Assembly: GCA_032718475.1 (NCBI GenBank)
Contig: JAUCBJ010001863.1
Coordinates: 29,916 to 93,915 of the forward strand
Source of the DNA: Nemertoderma westbladi
Taxonomy: Eukaryota; Animalia; Xenacoelomorpha
Length of the DNA stretch: 64,000 bases
Direction of reading: 5' to 3'
The notes under the pieces were generated by a model. It made no database searches. It saw only the letters and a program-made list of their open reading frames with translations, and had not been told where the DNA came from. Numbering within the stretch: the stretch's first letter is position 1; the number at the start of each line of letters is the position of its first letter. Shown piece by piece: positions 47,860 to 60,100 of the stretch. The translations under genes and the position numbers were made by a program.

Positions 47860-48185
47860 TGGCTGTCTGTTACCAGCTACAAGATGTCTGTCCCACTCCT
47901 GTTTCCATTGTATTTCAAACCTAGCTCTATGTATGATATTGATCTAAATCTGGTAACTCATTGAAACCATATACAAGAGCATAAGTGCCCATGGGCGCGG
48001 CGGCCTACTGGTCTTGTAAAATCAGCCCCACTCTCTTTGTTATGAGCCTCCATACATTGACATATATTAATTGTTTGACCAATATATGTCACATCAGGTT
48101 GGTGAGTACTGATTAGTAGGTAGCAATAACTTTGTCTGGCGTGTGGAATTACTAAACCATATGATCGGAATGGTTCTAGAGACAT
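47860..48185 (-). pseudogene. Frameshifted SLX1-like GIY-YIG endonuclease relic
   Basis: YCYLLIS...TYIGQTINI....HN..SGADFT, then in shifted frames RPWAL, VYGF and RARFEIQWKQ, which is the SLX1-type motif order. Confidence 0.65.
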
Positions 48186-48844
48186 ATTAATGATTGGAAG
48201 GGGGGTGTTAAGGCCTCTGTTCGCGCTTTTAGACCTTTAGCAGTTTAACCTGCCAATTTTAGGTGTCCTCTTGTATATCAATTATTTAATGTACTGAAGT
48301 TACATCAGCCGAAGCCAGCCTGTGCGCGACCATTCACCCACAGTTAAGGGAGACTGGATTCGGATGCTTTGATAGTGATTGCGGTGTATTATTCGATTGA
48401 TCGTTACTATATAATCTCTGACAATATTATTCACTTTCGGGGAAATATTAACAGTTCCTTTAGGACGTGGCGCTTTAAGTATAAAACAGAGTTATGACTT
48501 ATACTAATCACAACTGGATGGCTACTGAGTTTCGTAAAAAGCGCATTCTTTAGGAGATGCTTTATTAACCTTCACACTACTTCACACGACTTCACACTAG
48601 TTCACACTACTGCGCACTGATCTGCCGACCGTCACTGAATTTGATCATATATAAGGAGGATCGCAACTGACACATGTAGGGATTATGAAATAGCATTCAA
48701 TTCACACAAAAACCACTATAATGTAAGTCGCAGTTGCTACCGGTAAACCTGTTCCTCTAACCTTTAGTAATCAAGAAGATTGGGGGTTTTATGATTATTC
48801 ATCGGTATTCTCCAAATATATCAGCAATATACACCAACATAACA

Positions 48845-49086
48845 CGAATTAATAACAGAATCAAATAATTCGGTGAACAGTCAGTATGTGTTACTTATGC
48901 AGTGTTCCATGTGCAGCAATGCATGAATTACGGCGTGATGCGGTAGTTGAATCGCGTTACGTAGTGCCGCGTTTCAGTGATTCAGATATGAAGTATGATT
49001 CAGCAATGATTCAGTTAATAGTTTTACGTTCTTGTAATCAAAGCCATCTGATGTTTAGGTCAAAGTCTGAAACTTCTACAGAAGTA
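48845..49086. repeat. 242-bp direct repeat, copy 1 (probable long target-site duplication)
   Basis: CGAATTAATAACAG...CTACAGAAGTA matches 55150-55391. Confidence 0.9.
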
Positions 49087-49611
49087 GTTTTTTTTAGTTT
49101 AGTTTATCGCGCAATGCGCGCAGCGCCAGACTATCTGGCATTTATTTGATCAACAATAAATTCGTAATAAAATAATAAAATTCGTAAACCGCATTACAGG
49201 GAATTGAAATGTCTAAATATTACATATTTATAAACACAACCCGGTCACGAAATTTCAGTTATGTAATATAAGTCAATTACTAAAAATAACACATTCACAC
49301 GTAGTTCTAGATTATGAATTAAAATATATTTCATACATTAATTATTTAATTAAAATAAAGGATACGTAGATCCACAATAGTGAAGTACAAGGTATGCTGC
49401 TGACTCGTTTCGTGCATTAACAAATTTAAGTTAAGATTAAAATGGCCACGATTGCATCGAATATAGCCTATATAACCCGCTACATGTAATAGGATGTGGA
49501 TTCAAAAATTCCAAATAAAGATATTTACGGTAGTCAGTTATGACTCATCAGCAAGCTGCTCATCGGTCTCTGAAATCGACAAGGAAGACCCGACCAGACT
49601 ACATACGTGTA

Positions 49612-52600
49612 TTAAGTATTCCCGTAGATTGATGCAACATGTAATGCGTTGAAGAACTCTTTCAGTTTTTCGATACGGCGTTTTCGGGACAACGTCATTT
49701 GTGAGAGAGTTTTCTTAATAAACTCTACTTTGTATATATCTGATACGCTGACCTCCCCAGGCCTAATCCTCTCCAATATCTGCCGTTTGCTGTATTGTGA
49801 TGTGACCAAACTCTTTAATTCGGGGAGAGGTCCAAGTTTCGTTGCTTTTTCATATGCACTGCAGAGTCCCGGATATCGAACTCCATTGACCACCTTCGAG
49901 AGGAATGAACAAGATACCAATGTGTAGTGTATTGGATAGTTCGGACAATCGGTTATTCTTAATATGGTGGAAAGATTCGCTACACACATTGTTGTTATCA
50001 AATCCTGCACATTGAGCGAGGACAGCAGCACCGGGTTGTTTATATAACTACCAAGACCAAGCACCGATCTAAGCTTTCCTCTATAAAAAGCGTTGAGTTT
50101 GTCCGCCTCTACATTGGTGAGTGATCCCAGTAAATGTTTACATCGGTATAAAAAAGCGGGAAGAGCAATCGCTTTCCATAAGATACTAAGTGTTTCTATG
50201 TCTAACATCTCAATAGTCCAGTTGTTCTTCCAAAACATCCGTGCAATTCCAGTAAGTGCCTGTGTACACCTCTGTATCCCGTCTTTAATTCTCCTGTTAA
50301 AAGTGACACCCAGGAATGTTAGATTTGTATTCATCGGTACAAGCGTGCCACAAATATCAAGAAATGTTGGAATATTGCTGCTATGTGTGGCCCCGCAGCA
50401 GATCCAATGCGTCTTTGCTGGTTCTAGAGACAATTTAATCTCCCTAGTCTCCATTGCAACTATATCGGCCATTTGTTCTAATTCCATGGGACACGTTGAC
50501 ATTAGGATAATATCGTCGGCATAATTAAGACAACCAATCCATAAATTGAGAATTTTGCACCCCAATTTTGATTTTTCAAGACTAGTGAATATATTTGTTG
50601 TATATATATTAAATAATGCCGGTGACAACAAAGAACCTTGCTTCACTCCAATGTACATTGGTAAACCAATATTGGATATGGAGTCATCAAATTTCAAATA
50701 TATCATTGTATGCATGTAATAACTGTAGAGGGCCAGTGTTATATGTGGGTTTAAAATAGAGCTAATCCTCTCAAAAAGTATCTCATAATCCACCATGTCG
50801 AATGCAGAAACAATATCCAATTGACAAATGTAAATGGGTGTGCAATCCTGCCTATGGCGTTCTATTATCTCCATCATAGCTGAGAGAATCAAATCAGCTC
50901 CAATTTTCTTTTTATAACCAAGTTGATACTGACTAACGTATTTCGATTCTGTACCTAGGAAATTGTGAAGAATTACTCCCTCAAAAACTTTGGCAAACAT
51001 AGATAAATTTGAAATTGGGCGATATGACTTTCCCAGTTTTGGGTCACGACTATTCCCTTTGTAGAGATGTGTAATTATTGTATCTCCAAAGCTGTTAGGT
51101 ACTTTTCCCAAGTTGAAACAAGAGTTGATTATTTGTGCAAGTGCGGTACAGATGGCGTCATTTCCTGTCGAATAAATGAGATGCTCGGCTGTCAGAGACA
51201 TAATGTCGGGGGCCTTCCCCGTTCCCAGCTTTCCGATCACCATTTTTATTACATTCTTGGATATTGTTGGAGCTGTAGTTTTTTTACACGAGCCAATAAG
51301 TTTCTCCTGAATATTTGTTTGTCCCTTTGAGGTTTTTGAACTATTACTGAAGCGCTTTATTATTTCTTCCCGTGCTACCGCGGGTATAGGATTCTTCCCC
51401 CTCCTTTTACGGTTAAAATGCTTCCAGAAATGTTGTGGTCTGTATCTGTAGCTACTAGCCGCTTTCAGAATTGCCTTTCTCACCGAGTCTTTATTATTTC
51501 TATTTGTAAGTCTTCTTAAAATCTTTTTGGCTTCTTTTAGGGCCTCGGAATTTTTCTGTGTTTTTACTTTGTTGTGATCAGTCTGATGTTTTAATTTCTT
51601 GATTGTATCCAGATGCTCTGAAACTTTTCTAATATGGTGTCTCAGTCTCGAAGATCTAGTACGACTCCCTCCGTTTCGCAGAGGTCGGGTGGGTATTTCT
51701 TCTTGAGCAGATTGTAATATAATCTTCTGCACTCTATTGCTGTAACTGTTTAATTCCTCTTCAGTCCACTCCAATTCATTTGGACTGAGTGTTTGTTGCA
51801 GATCGGCTAGCTGGGCGTTTAATTTAACTGAGTATGACTCCACTTGTTTCTTAGATGCACCTTTCCAATTAGGGGCTCGAGTTCTTTCACACTTTCGAAA
51901 TTCTATCTCCGATTTTATGATGTGATTGCTATTTTCTGTTTCTCTGGCATGTTGGGAATTGATACATAAGAGTATTGTTACTGGGGTGTGATCTGCAAAG
52001 TTATTAGCATCATCCATCTCATATATTTCGCCCTTGATCAGTTTATCTTGCAATTCAATGGGAGCAATAATATGGTCGATATAAGACACTCCAGTCTCCG
52101 CACGATAGAATGTGAAATATGGACCTTTACATTGTGTCAATGTATCCAAAGCTGTCATACCGTTTGCTAAAAGAAAATTGTTGAGGTCGATGCCCCGAGC
52201 TGTTGGAGTTGATCTGCAGTACCGATTACCCTGTAGTGGCCCGAGGTCTGCATTCGCATCTATTAGTAAAATCGGGGTGTAATTGCTGTTTTCCTCCATC
52301 ACAGATGCTATGTTGCCAAGAAAAGTTTGATATTCAACCTTCTTTTTGCTGACATCTGGGGCATATCCGGAAATAAAGAGATAATCTTCAGCACTTCCAG
52401 CCATGGTTACAGTTGCTCCACAGAATGAACCTTCACCAGCTATTGCACACACCTCTGAACATATGGTCCTTCTAATGAATATAGCAGTGCCACCTATTCC
52501 TCTTGAATTGCCCAGATTGTCCATCAAGGGACTTACAGAATATTCACAATAGAATTTCTCATTATGTTTAGTGAGGAGTGTCTTACATTCCATTTCATTG

Positions 52601-52809
52601 AGCCAATGCTCTTGTATCCCAAGAACGTCGATTTCCTGCAATAGCTCATCTATATAGTGTTCACTACTGTTAAATCCAAAACAGTTGTATGTACCAACTC
52701 TTATTTCCCCTTTGTTAGTTTGTTCGTGTTTGACACCCTGTTTTTGTTTACGCTCATAAGTTCGGTTTGCTTTATTGGTCTTGATCTTCCTTGTCTTTCT
52801 ACTAAACAT
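49612..52809 (-). CDS. LINE ORF2: apurinic-like endonuclease plus reverse transcriptase
   Basis: APE motifs TYNC, GIQEHW, DANA, SYIDHI and ADH; RT motifs YRPIS, QLGY, DIVSAFD, GVKQGSLLSPALFNIY, YADD and FLG. Confidence 0.95.
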   Translation of the reverse strand: MFSRKTRKIKTNKANRTYERKQKQGVKHEQTNKGEIRVGTYNCFGFNSSEHYIDELLQEIDVLGIQEHWLNEMECKTLLTKHNEKFYCEYSVSPLMDNLGNSRGIGGTAIFIRRTICSEVCAIAGEGSFCGATVTMAGSAEDYLFISGYAPDVSKKKVEYQTFLGNIASVMEENSNYTPILLIDANADLGPLQGNRYCRSTPTARGIDLNNFLLANGMTALDTLTQCKGPYFTFYRAETGVSYIDHIIAPIELQDKLIKGEIYEMDDANNFADHTPVTILLCINSQHARETENSNHIIKSEIEFRKCERTRAPNWKGASKKQVESYSVKLNAQLADLQQTLSPNELEWTEEELNSYSNRVQKIILQSAQEEIPTRPLRNGGSRTRSSRLRHHIRKVSEHLDTIKKLKHQTDHNKVKTQKNSEALKEAKKILRRLTNRNNKDSVRKAILKAASSYRYRPQHFWKHFNRKRRGKNPIPAVAREEIIKRFSNSSKTSKGQTNIQEKLIGSCKKTTAPTISKNVIKMVIGKLGTGKAPDIMSLTAEHLIYSTGNDAICTALAQIINSCFNLGKVPNSFGDTIITHLYKGNSRDPKLGKSYRPISNLSMFAKVFEGVILHNFLGTESKYVSQYQLGYKKKIGADLILSAMMEIIERHRQDCTPIYICQLDIVSAFDMVDYEILFERISSILNPHITLALYSYYMHTMIYLKFDDSISNIGLPMYIGVKQGSLLSPALFNIYTTNIFTSLEKSKLGCKILNLWIGCLNYADDIILMSTCPMELEQMADIVAMETREIKLSLEPAKTHWICCGATHSSNIPTFLDICGTLVPMNTNLTFLGVTFNRRIKDGIQRCTQALTGIARMFWKNNWTIEMLDIETLSILWKAIALPAFLYRCKHLLGSLTNVEADKLNAFYRGKLRSVLGLGSYINNPVLLSSLNVQDLITTMCVANLSTILRITDCPNYPIHYTLVSCSFLSKVVNGVRYPGLCSAYEKATKLGPLPELKSLVTSQYSKRQILERIRPGEVSVSDIYKVEFIKKTLSQMTLSRKRRIEKLKEFFNALHVASIYGNT

Positions 52810-55149
52810 ACTGCCCGTAAGTTCTTCTGGTCGAAACGGTATCTTTATAGTTGCATCTGTAACGCGGATTTCTTGAAGTATAATTTATCCACTCTCTGCA
52901 GTGGATTCCATATGGCCAAAAGTCCCCATTTAACACCACATCTAAATCATCTGTGTTGATGGTGGCTCTCATTGACTTGGAGTTGTTGTATGAACGTGCA
53001 GTTATATTATCCACACTAATGCCTCTATCGTATAGGTAATCAGACAGGTCAATCTCATAGTTATCTCTCTTTATTCCGGTGATATATATAGTTGATGTGG
53101 CTTTCGTATCTGCACCTTTCAGCATTCTTTGGCGTCCAAACACATTTGAGCTTATATAATTCGTCCCATAATGGTCATCTTGCAGCCGTTTGATGTCTTG
53201 TGGATTAGGACCCCCTGGATGGTCAAGTGTATTTATCTTGTAATCTGGTAACCTGCCCACTTGCTCGGGCAAATCTCTACTCGATTTCGGTGCAACTTCA
53301 GGTTTGGGTATACCTTTATAAGCGGGTCCCGTGTACAACTTGTTATATGTGATTGTCTCCTTGACACTGTGTTCATTTGAGTTTATCTGTTTTCCTTCAT
53401 CTCTTCTATCTATAAGAGGGTTGTGTTCAGAATCTAATTGGTCACAAACCGTTGATGACAATACATCAAATCTGTTTCTCAAGAAATGTGATTTACATGT
53501 TGAATGGTTATCTGGATTTGGGTATGAGAGCGCATCAGTATGATCCATCCTGCTTTTACGCTTTCTAAATCGTTTTTCCCAGATTCCTGTTTTCAATGAA
53601 TCATCCACAGTTCCATATTCCCCTTCAACCTGATAGGCATGATTGTTTATAATATCATCATCACTTAGGCTGTCTATTACAACAAATCTTTCAGAAATAT
53701 CGACATTGCGAGATTTGCCATATCCATGCTGGTCAGTTTCATTATGAATTTTGTTATCCTCTACTTCTTTTTTGTATTGATCATCTTTCTGTATAGATTT
53801 TTCAATGTTGGCGAGTGTCGATTCGAGTACTAGGCGACAATGCCTCTCATGACTTAGATCATCCTTGAGCTTTGAGTTTTCTTCCACAGTTTGGGAAAGT
53901 TCCTGTTCTAGCTTGCACATGCGAGCTTGTAACGATGCTGTAACTGATATGAGATCACGCTGTAGACTCCCGAGACTGATAAGATCCGCATCGTATTTGG
54001 GATTAGGCCTAAAAAGACGTTTCAAGCAGGATTCATAAATCTTTTTATCTTTACAACATTGAAAGAGCTCATATACGTCTGTACTTAGTTCAGCACGGGA
54101 ACCACGTTTCTTTAAATGTAATGTAGCCATCTGAATGGGATTTAGCAAGGGTTTCACCAGAGTAAAAATATGATCTCGAAGTTCTGAGAGTTTTTCGATT
54201 GTTTGACCTCCAAGTTGTTTGATGGCTTCCTTTTTTGGCAGATACAACGCTTTGGGATACTCTATCACAACGTTATTGAGATTTTCGCCTGATTTACCAC
54301 TAACATTGATAAGGCCTGGACCACAGTTGACCACTTGTACAGGTTTTGACTCATCGGTGTTTAATATTTTCATTTGATCCAGGCATTCCGATAGCCATTT
54401 TCTGCTTGAGGAACTATCAAAATGTATAGCAGGAAGCGCCGGTTTGTCCTGGGCGATACTTACTGCAGTGAGACAGAGGTAGAGACCACAGTCATACCCA
54501 TTTGTTTGCTTGGCATAATTACAGTAACGTGCATCCGCTTCCCAACTTTTATTTGCAACATTGTTTAAGCTCCATGGACTGTGGGAATCGATCTTGTTTA
54601 GCAGATTGATAATTCCGAATGTAGTATAATTTGGCATATTGTTTCCTAGAGAATCAACACAACAAACAGTTCGACGTTCACAATCAGCTACATGAAGGAC
54701 GAAATGAGAATTGACACACTCTGGAAAAAACATGAGCCTTGGCTTCACTTTTGTGTGTCTGCCAATGTACCTAGGAGCGATGTATTTTATCGCACTTAAT
54801 TCATCGTAACTGGTTAATCCTTGTCCCTTGCCTTCTTTAAGTGGCCTTGACTCATTGAGTTTGTATGCTAGTTGACTGGAGATAGCAGCAGTGTCACTGA
54901 AATCACGTTCTAATATTCCAAGGAATCCATCGATAATGACATTACTCAACCATGATTCACATTTCAAAATGCTCCTCCTTTCTTCGTTTGTTGTGACAAC
55001 AATCCCAGGTTTATAATCTACAGACAAGTGCTCTAGATAAACGCGAATTTCCTTCGATCGATCATTACCTAGTTTGCTAGGGCTGTTTGGAAATACCTCC
55101 ACAAACTCATGAATTATTTGGCTTGCTTGTTTACGTTTACGCTTGCTTG
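52802..55149 (-). CDS. LINE ORF1 (5'-incomplete): Ulp1/SENP C48 protease domain, coiled coil, C-terminal RRM-like domain
   Basis: WLSNVIIDGFL, SHFVLHVAD, VDSL and QTNGYDCGLYLC give the Ulp1 His/Asp/Gln/Cys set. Coiled coil in the middle; IYITGI...FWPYGIHCREW typical of LINE ORF1 C-termini. The frame is open upstream of the GTG at 55102 up to the element boundary. Confidence 0.85.
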
Positions 55150-55391
55150 CGAATTAATAACAGAATCAAATAATTCGGTGAACAGTCAGTATGTGTTACT
55201 TATGCAGTGTTCCATGTGCAGCAATGCATGAATTACGGCGTGATGCGGTAGTTGAATCGCGTTACGTAGTGCCGCGTTTCAGTGATTCAGATATGAAGTA
55301 TGATTCAGCAATGATTCAGTTAATAGTTTTACGTTCTTGTAATCAAAGCCATCTGATGTTTAGGTCAAAGTCTGAAACTTCTACAGAAGTA
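55150..55391. repeat. 242-bp direct repeat, copy 2
   Basis: Matches 48845-49086. Confidence 0.9.
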
Positions 55392-56119
55392 CAGAAGAAT
55401 TTCTAAGCCGATGTTCCGAGGCTCAGAAAAGGTAAACAAAGACCGTAATGCATTGCGCAACTTTCCGTAGGCCTCTGTTTAAGATAAAATGAAAATCGCT
55501 CTGATTGGCTGAGTTGAGCGAGCTGAACAAAGAGAGGCTCCACGTGTACAGTAAACCAGCTGGCAGATTTCGTCATCTGAGTTACAGTCTTTAGAGTATT
55601 AAGCGCATTGCGGAGAAAATGGCTTGTTATGTCCGCTAAAACACCTTCACGGTACATTGCGGAGAAAATGGCTTGTTATGTCCGCTAAAACACCTACACA
55701 GTATATTGCGGAGAAAAATGACCTGTTATATCCGCAAAAGCTTTTACAGCCTCTTTGAGTTAAAACATTTATGACATAATGTATAAAAATGTCATATCGA
55801 GATCATTTTTTTAAAAGTTCAGCATTGGCTTTTAATGTAACATCTTTATTCCCAACAAATATAAGATCATTGAAGAAACTGACACGGCTAACTATAACTA
55901 TAATTTGTGAACGTAACCATAATTTAAACTGTTCATCCATGCTAGAAATTTGGGTAGCCAGTTTCCTTAAAGTAAAACCATTAATAGATCCTTGTAAAAA
56001 AGCTTGAACACTACGGAATTCGCGGATTCCAGATACAACTTTTCAAAAATTATTTCCAAAATCGACTTCAATTTACCAAAATTAATAATTCAATTTCAAC
56101 CTTTCAAAAAATCACATGC

Positions 56120-56440
56120 GGGATAGCACAGGGTTCAATCTTCCATTTTCTTTTTACTATATATTAACGACATACCAAATGCTTCTAAATTATACACAGT
56201 ACTTTTCGCGGACGACTCAAGTTTTCTTTGTAGAAACAGTGACGTGACTTCCTCAGTGACTACCAAAAACTTAGAACTGACAAGACTGGCTAATTTCAAA
56301 TAGATTATCAATAAATACAAAAAAACCGAATTTATGGCAGCGTCAAACTAACCCAATCCGATCCCAATTTCAAAACTCTTTAAAAATTAACAATAAATCT
56401 TTAACAATGTCACCATCGGTTAAGTACCTAGGAATTCATG
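56120..56440 (+). pseudogene. Decayed CR1/L2-type reverse transcriptase fragment
   Basis: GIAQGSI, then in a shifted frame LLYINDIPNASKLYTVLFADDSS, and later KYLGI. Confidence 0.7.
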
Positions 56441-57140
56441 TAAGCGGATTCAATTCCACTTCATTACCCACCAGAAAATGGGACTAGTGGCATTTTAGCA
56501 ATATGTTGGGGATACGAGATTACCAATATTAATCTCGTATCATAACCAACATTGGGGGGGGGGGGGGGGGGGGGGCGACACAAGCCCCAAAGCCACAGAG
56601 AAAGGTGAGAGGTCAAACCACCTTGGAGGGAATACAGCTAGTAGAGGCTAGCAGCGGGGGAAACACTCCCAGGGAGTGCCAAAGTGACAAGTAGTATATT
56701 AGCCAATAGTGGATAGGGAAGCACGTGATAGGGAACAGGAAAGCATCCATTGGGTAGAGGGCTAAAGTAGAGTAGGAGGTGAACCAATATTCAATGTATT
56801 AATCATATATTATCTTACATTACTGGTTTACTGGTCAGTTGTGTTATTCAGTTTAGTTAGTGCAGACTGGTCATAGTTAATGACCGCCACCGCCATACCG
56901 GTAACAATTTATCTGTATTTCTGCTTTAACCATATATTGTGCTATTACCGCCTATATTAATTAATATCGAAAGACAACAGGAACTTTTACTGTTTTCCCA
57001 GATGGCCTCGGCCAAAGCCAGTAGCATGATCCCCAGCAGAATGGTGATGCGTACTTTAACAACCCAGTCGGGATCTCAGATCCCGTCACAGTCATTAACT
57101 TTACCAACTGCCATCAAACTGTGACTGCAAGAACAAAAGG

Positions 57141-60100
57141 ATGAGCGATAGAGAGCCCCAATTATCTGAGGGAGAGAGGACGCCGCCGCGGACCCCGGAC
57201 GATACCAACCAAACGATCTGTGAGGCCGCGATGAGACGGTATCAGCCTGCCACGCCGGATTCGCCAAGGAGGGACGATCCGGCTGCCCAAGCGGAGGGCG
57301 GCCGTCAACCACGAGAGGGAGACGAGTCGACACACGACTGCGGTTGGAGTACCGAAGTCGCCGGCCAGCCACAGGCCGAGGGCGACGGACGGCCCACCGG
57401 AACGGCGACGGTGGGGCCGCCGGTACGACGCCGGACAAGGAGAGGAGGAGGAGTCAGTGAAGAGGACGTCGGGACGAGTGATCGGCTACGACGGGCCTAC
57501 AACGCCACCAAGAAGTTACTGAAGGAGGCCAAAGAAGGGAGAAAGGTAGACCAGCCTAAACTACATCAGAGACTAGGTGAGTCGAATAAACACTTTCGAT
57601 ATTTAGTCTGTTTTGGACAGGGAGAACTGGCGAGTGAGAGAGCGAGGGGGGTCGCCACGGAACTCTTTGAATTGTGGCGATCCAGGGTAATGGAGCCTGA
57701 AGTAGTGTATGTAGGGCCTTACTTAGTGGATGCTAGGGGAATTAAGTTAGTGGGTTGGGCAGATCCGCACGACGGCGAACCCGAGGTTAATCCTGAGGAT
57801 TCGGTGTCGTCGGTTAGCGAGAACCCCAGAAAGCGACGGGAATCCGTCGCGACCGATAAGTCCGCTACATCCCCCAAGCAAGGGTGTTAGAGATAGATCT
57901 GGCGTGTCAATTAGACCTTGTGGCGCTGGATCAGAGGGAGTTGGAGAGGCAACTGGATGAGGGAGCCGTGTTATTAGAGAAAGAGAGAGAGTTAGCGAGA
58001 GAGAATAAAGAGAGGGCTGAGAGGGTCGCGAGGAACTTTAGAGAGGCTGAGGAGAGGGAATTAAGGGAATGCAAAGAGCGAGAGGCGAGAGAGGCGAGCG
58101 AGCACAAGGAGCATGAGGCTTGAGAGGATTGCGAGAGAGGCAGAGTTGGCTGGCCAAAGTTTGCAAGAGGATAGAGAGAGAGAGAGAACGGGAAAGCGTA
58201 TGCGGGATGATATGCATACCCGGTTAAGGGGGCTTATGCAATACCAGGCAAAGCAAAAGCGCCGATTAGAACTGGTGCAGTTGGGATTATCTGAGAGTGA
58301 GGCTGGTTCGGGTAGTATTTACGAGGAGTCAGAAGTAATGGAAACGTTTGTTAATACCCCACTTACAGGCACCAGACGACAGACCCAGGACTGGTGTAAC
58401 CGTACGGGTGGGGGGGGGGGGGGGGTAATAATAACACGTTAGAGGGAATTAATATTAATAGTACCGTAGTGGACAACCCTAATCAAACCTTTGTTGCAGG
58501 AAATAATATTTTACCCGGTAGTAATAATTTTGATTCAAATGTGCAAAATAATAATATTAATTCAAACATACAAAATATTCCAAATAATAATTTTAATTTA
58601 AAGGCACAAAATAATCCAAATAATTCTAATTTAAATATACAAAATATTTCAAATAATAGCCCTAACTCTGAGCAAAATAATTTAAATAATTTAATTTAGG
58701 TAGTTAGGCAGGGAGTAGCGGGGGTGAGTCAACCCAACGGGAGCCTGCAAGGCCACGCAGTCGCACAGGGAGAGGCGGGGGTGAGCAGACCCAGCCATAG
58801 TAGAGACAATGCGTCGACTAGAGAGGGGCGTAGAAGCGAAGTAGGAGGTAGTGAAGTAAGAGGTGGCGAATGGGGGGGGGGGGAGGGGGGGGGAGGGGGG
58901 GCTGCGGGCGCCCCACCACAAGAGATTAGTGGCGAGAGGGGGGAGCAGAGAATACCCCACAAGCGTCGGTGGATAATGCGCGGGGCGAATTAGGTGAACC
59001 GCAGCACCCGACGACGGAGAATAGTAGGGGGATTGCGAGTATCCCCAGCAGGAGCGTCCAACCGGGTAGAGAGAGAGAGGTTGGCGTCATGAGCAGGCGA
59101 GCGACAAGACGTCGAGCCCAGTCGGAAGATGGAAGAAGAACAGTGGAGTTTAACTGGGAGGTCGAAGAGAGATCTCATGAGCGGGATCGCTACACTGAAG
59201 AGAGAAGAAGTGAAGAGAATAGGAGAAGCATTGCTACGAGCAACCAGAGAGCGAGGACGGACAGCGAACCGTCGGTGTTAGAGATGGAGTTAGAGAGTCA
59301 GTGGGGTCGAACTCCGGGAGATTGCCGTCACCCCGGAGAGACGCAGCCTGGTGAGATATACCATACACCGGGAGAAGGGTACAGGATGTACCGGTACGAG
59401 GATGAGAACAGGAGAGGGGATCGAAGAGAAACTTCCCGACGGGACATAGCTGCCGATCGAGAGTACGGTAGTCGCGGGGAGGACTTCTTGTAATATTCGA
59501 GAAGATTAAACTTCGGTCCAGAGGGACACAGGCAGACTGCAGGACAAACTGTAGGCCTTACTGCACATACTATAGGCCATGCTGGAAGAGATAGTATAGG
59601 CGATAGGGTAGCGCGGACAACAGGATTAGATCCGGAAGTCGCGGCATACATACTGGTAGGTAGGCAAGAAGTGGATAGGCCTATACCGGTACCTGCACAC
59701 CAGTATGACTATAACATGCAGGAATACAACATATTCCCAGGGGAGGGGGGAGTTATTTCCGATACGTGTGTGGGCCCCAATATATTAACATCAACCCCAG
59801 TACCAAACTTAACAACGGTGGGGGGGGGGCAGGGTGACATTCCCCCATTACAATATCAGCAATACACTCAGCCGAGAATAATAACACCGAACCCCTTGGA
59901 CCAGAACAGATCGTGCGATACGGAGATATGGAGGGGGCCGTTACCCCCAATGATATATCCGACACAGAAAGAATAGACAGGCCCGACGGGCGGACCGCAC
60001 CCAACAACAGGAGAGTCTGTACAGCATCCGTTGAACCCATTGGAAGCACAGGCGATGGGTATGGCAACACTCATTGATGCGCTTAAGACCAGGATCGAGC

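Larger units (their letters stand above)
49087..55149 (-). mobile_element. 5'-truncated APE-RT non-LTR retrotransposon (probably RTE/RTEX-related), two intact ORFs
   Basis: ORF1 and ORF2 overlap by 8 nt; ~525-nt 3' UTR ending TAAACTAAACTAAAAAAAA; bounded by the 242-bp duplication. Clade assignment is tentative. Confidence 0.9.

Noticed and set aside
48845-55391. 242-bp repeats as LTRs of the APE-RT element
   Set aside because: No TG..CA ends, PBS, PPT or integrase; ORF1 is cut at the repeat and an A-rich tail abuts the other copy.
56900-57010. Self-priming complementarity in the second Bel/Pao element
   Set aside because: The LTR end cannot be fixed without the 3' LTR, and only weak partial matches were found.
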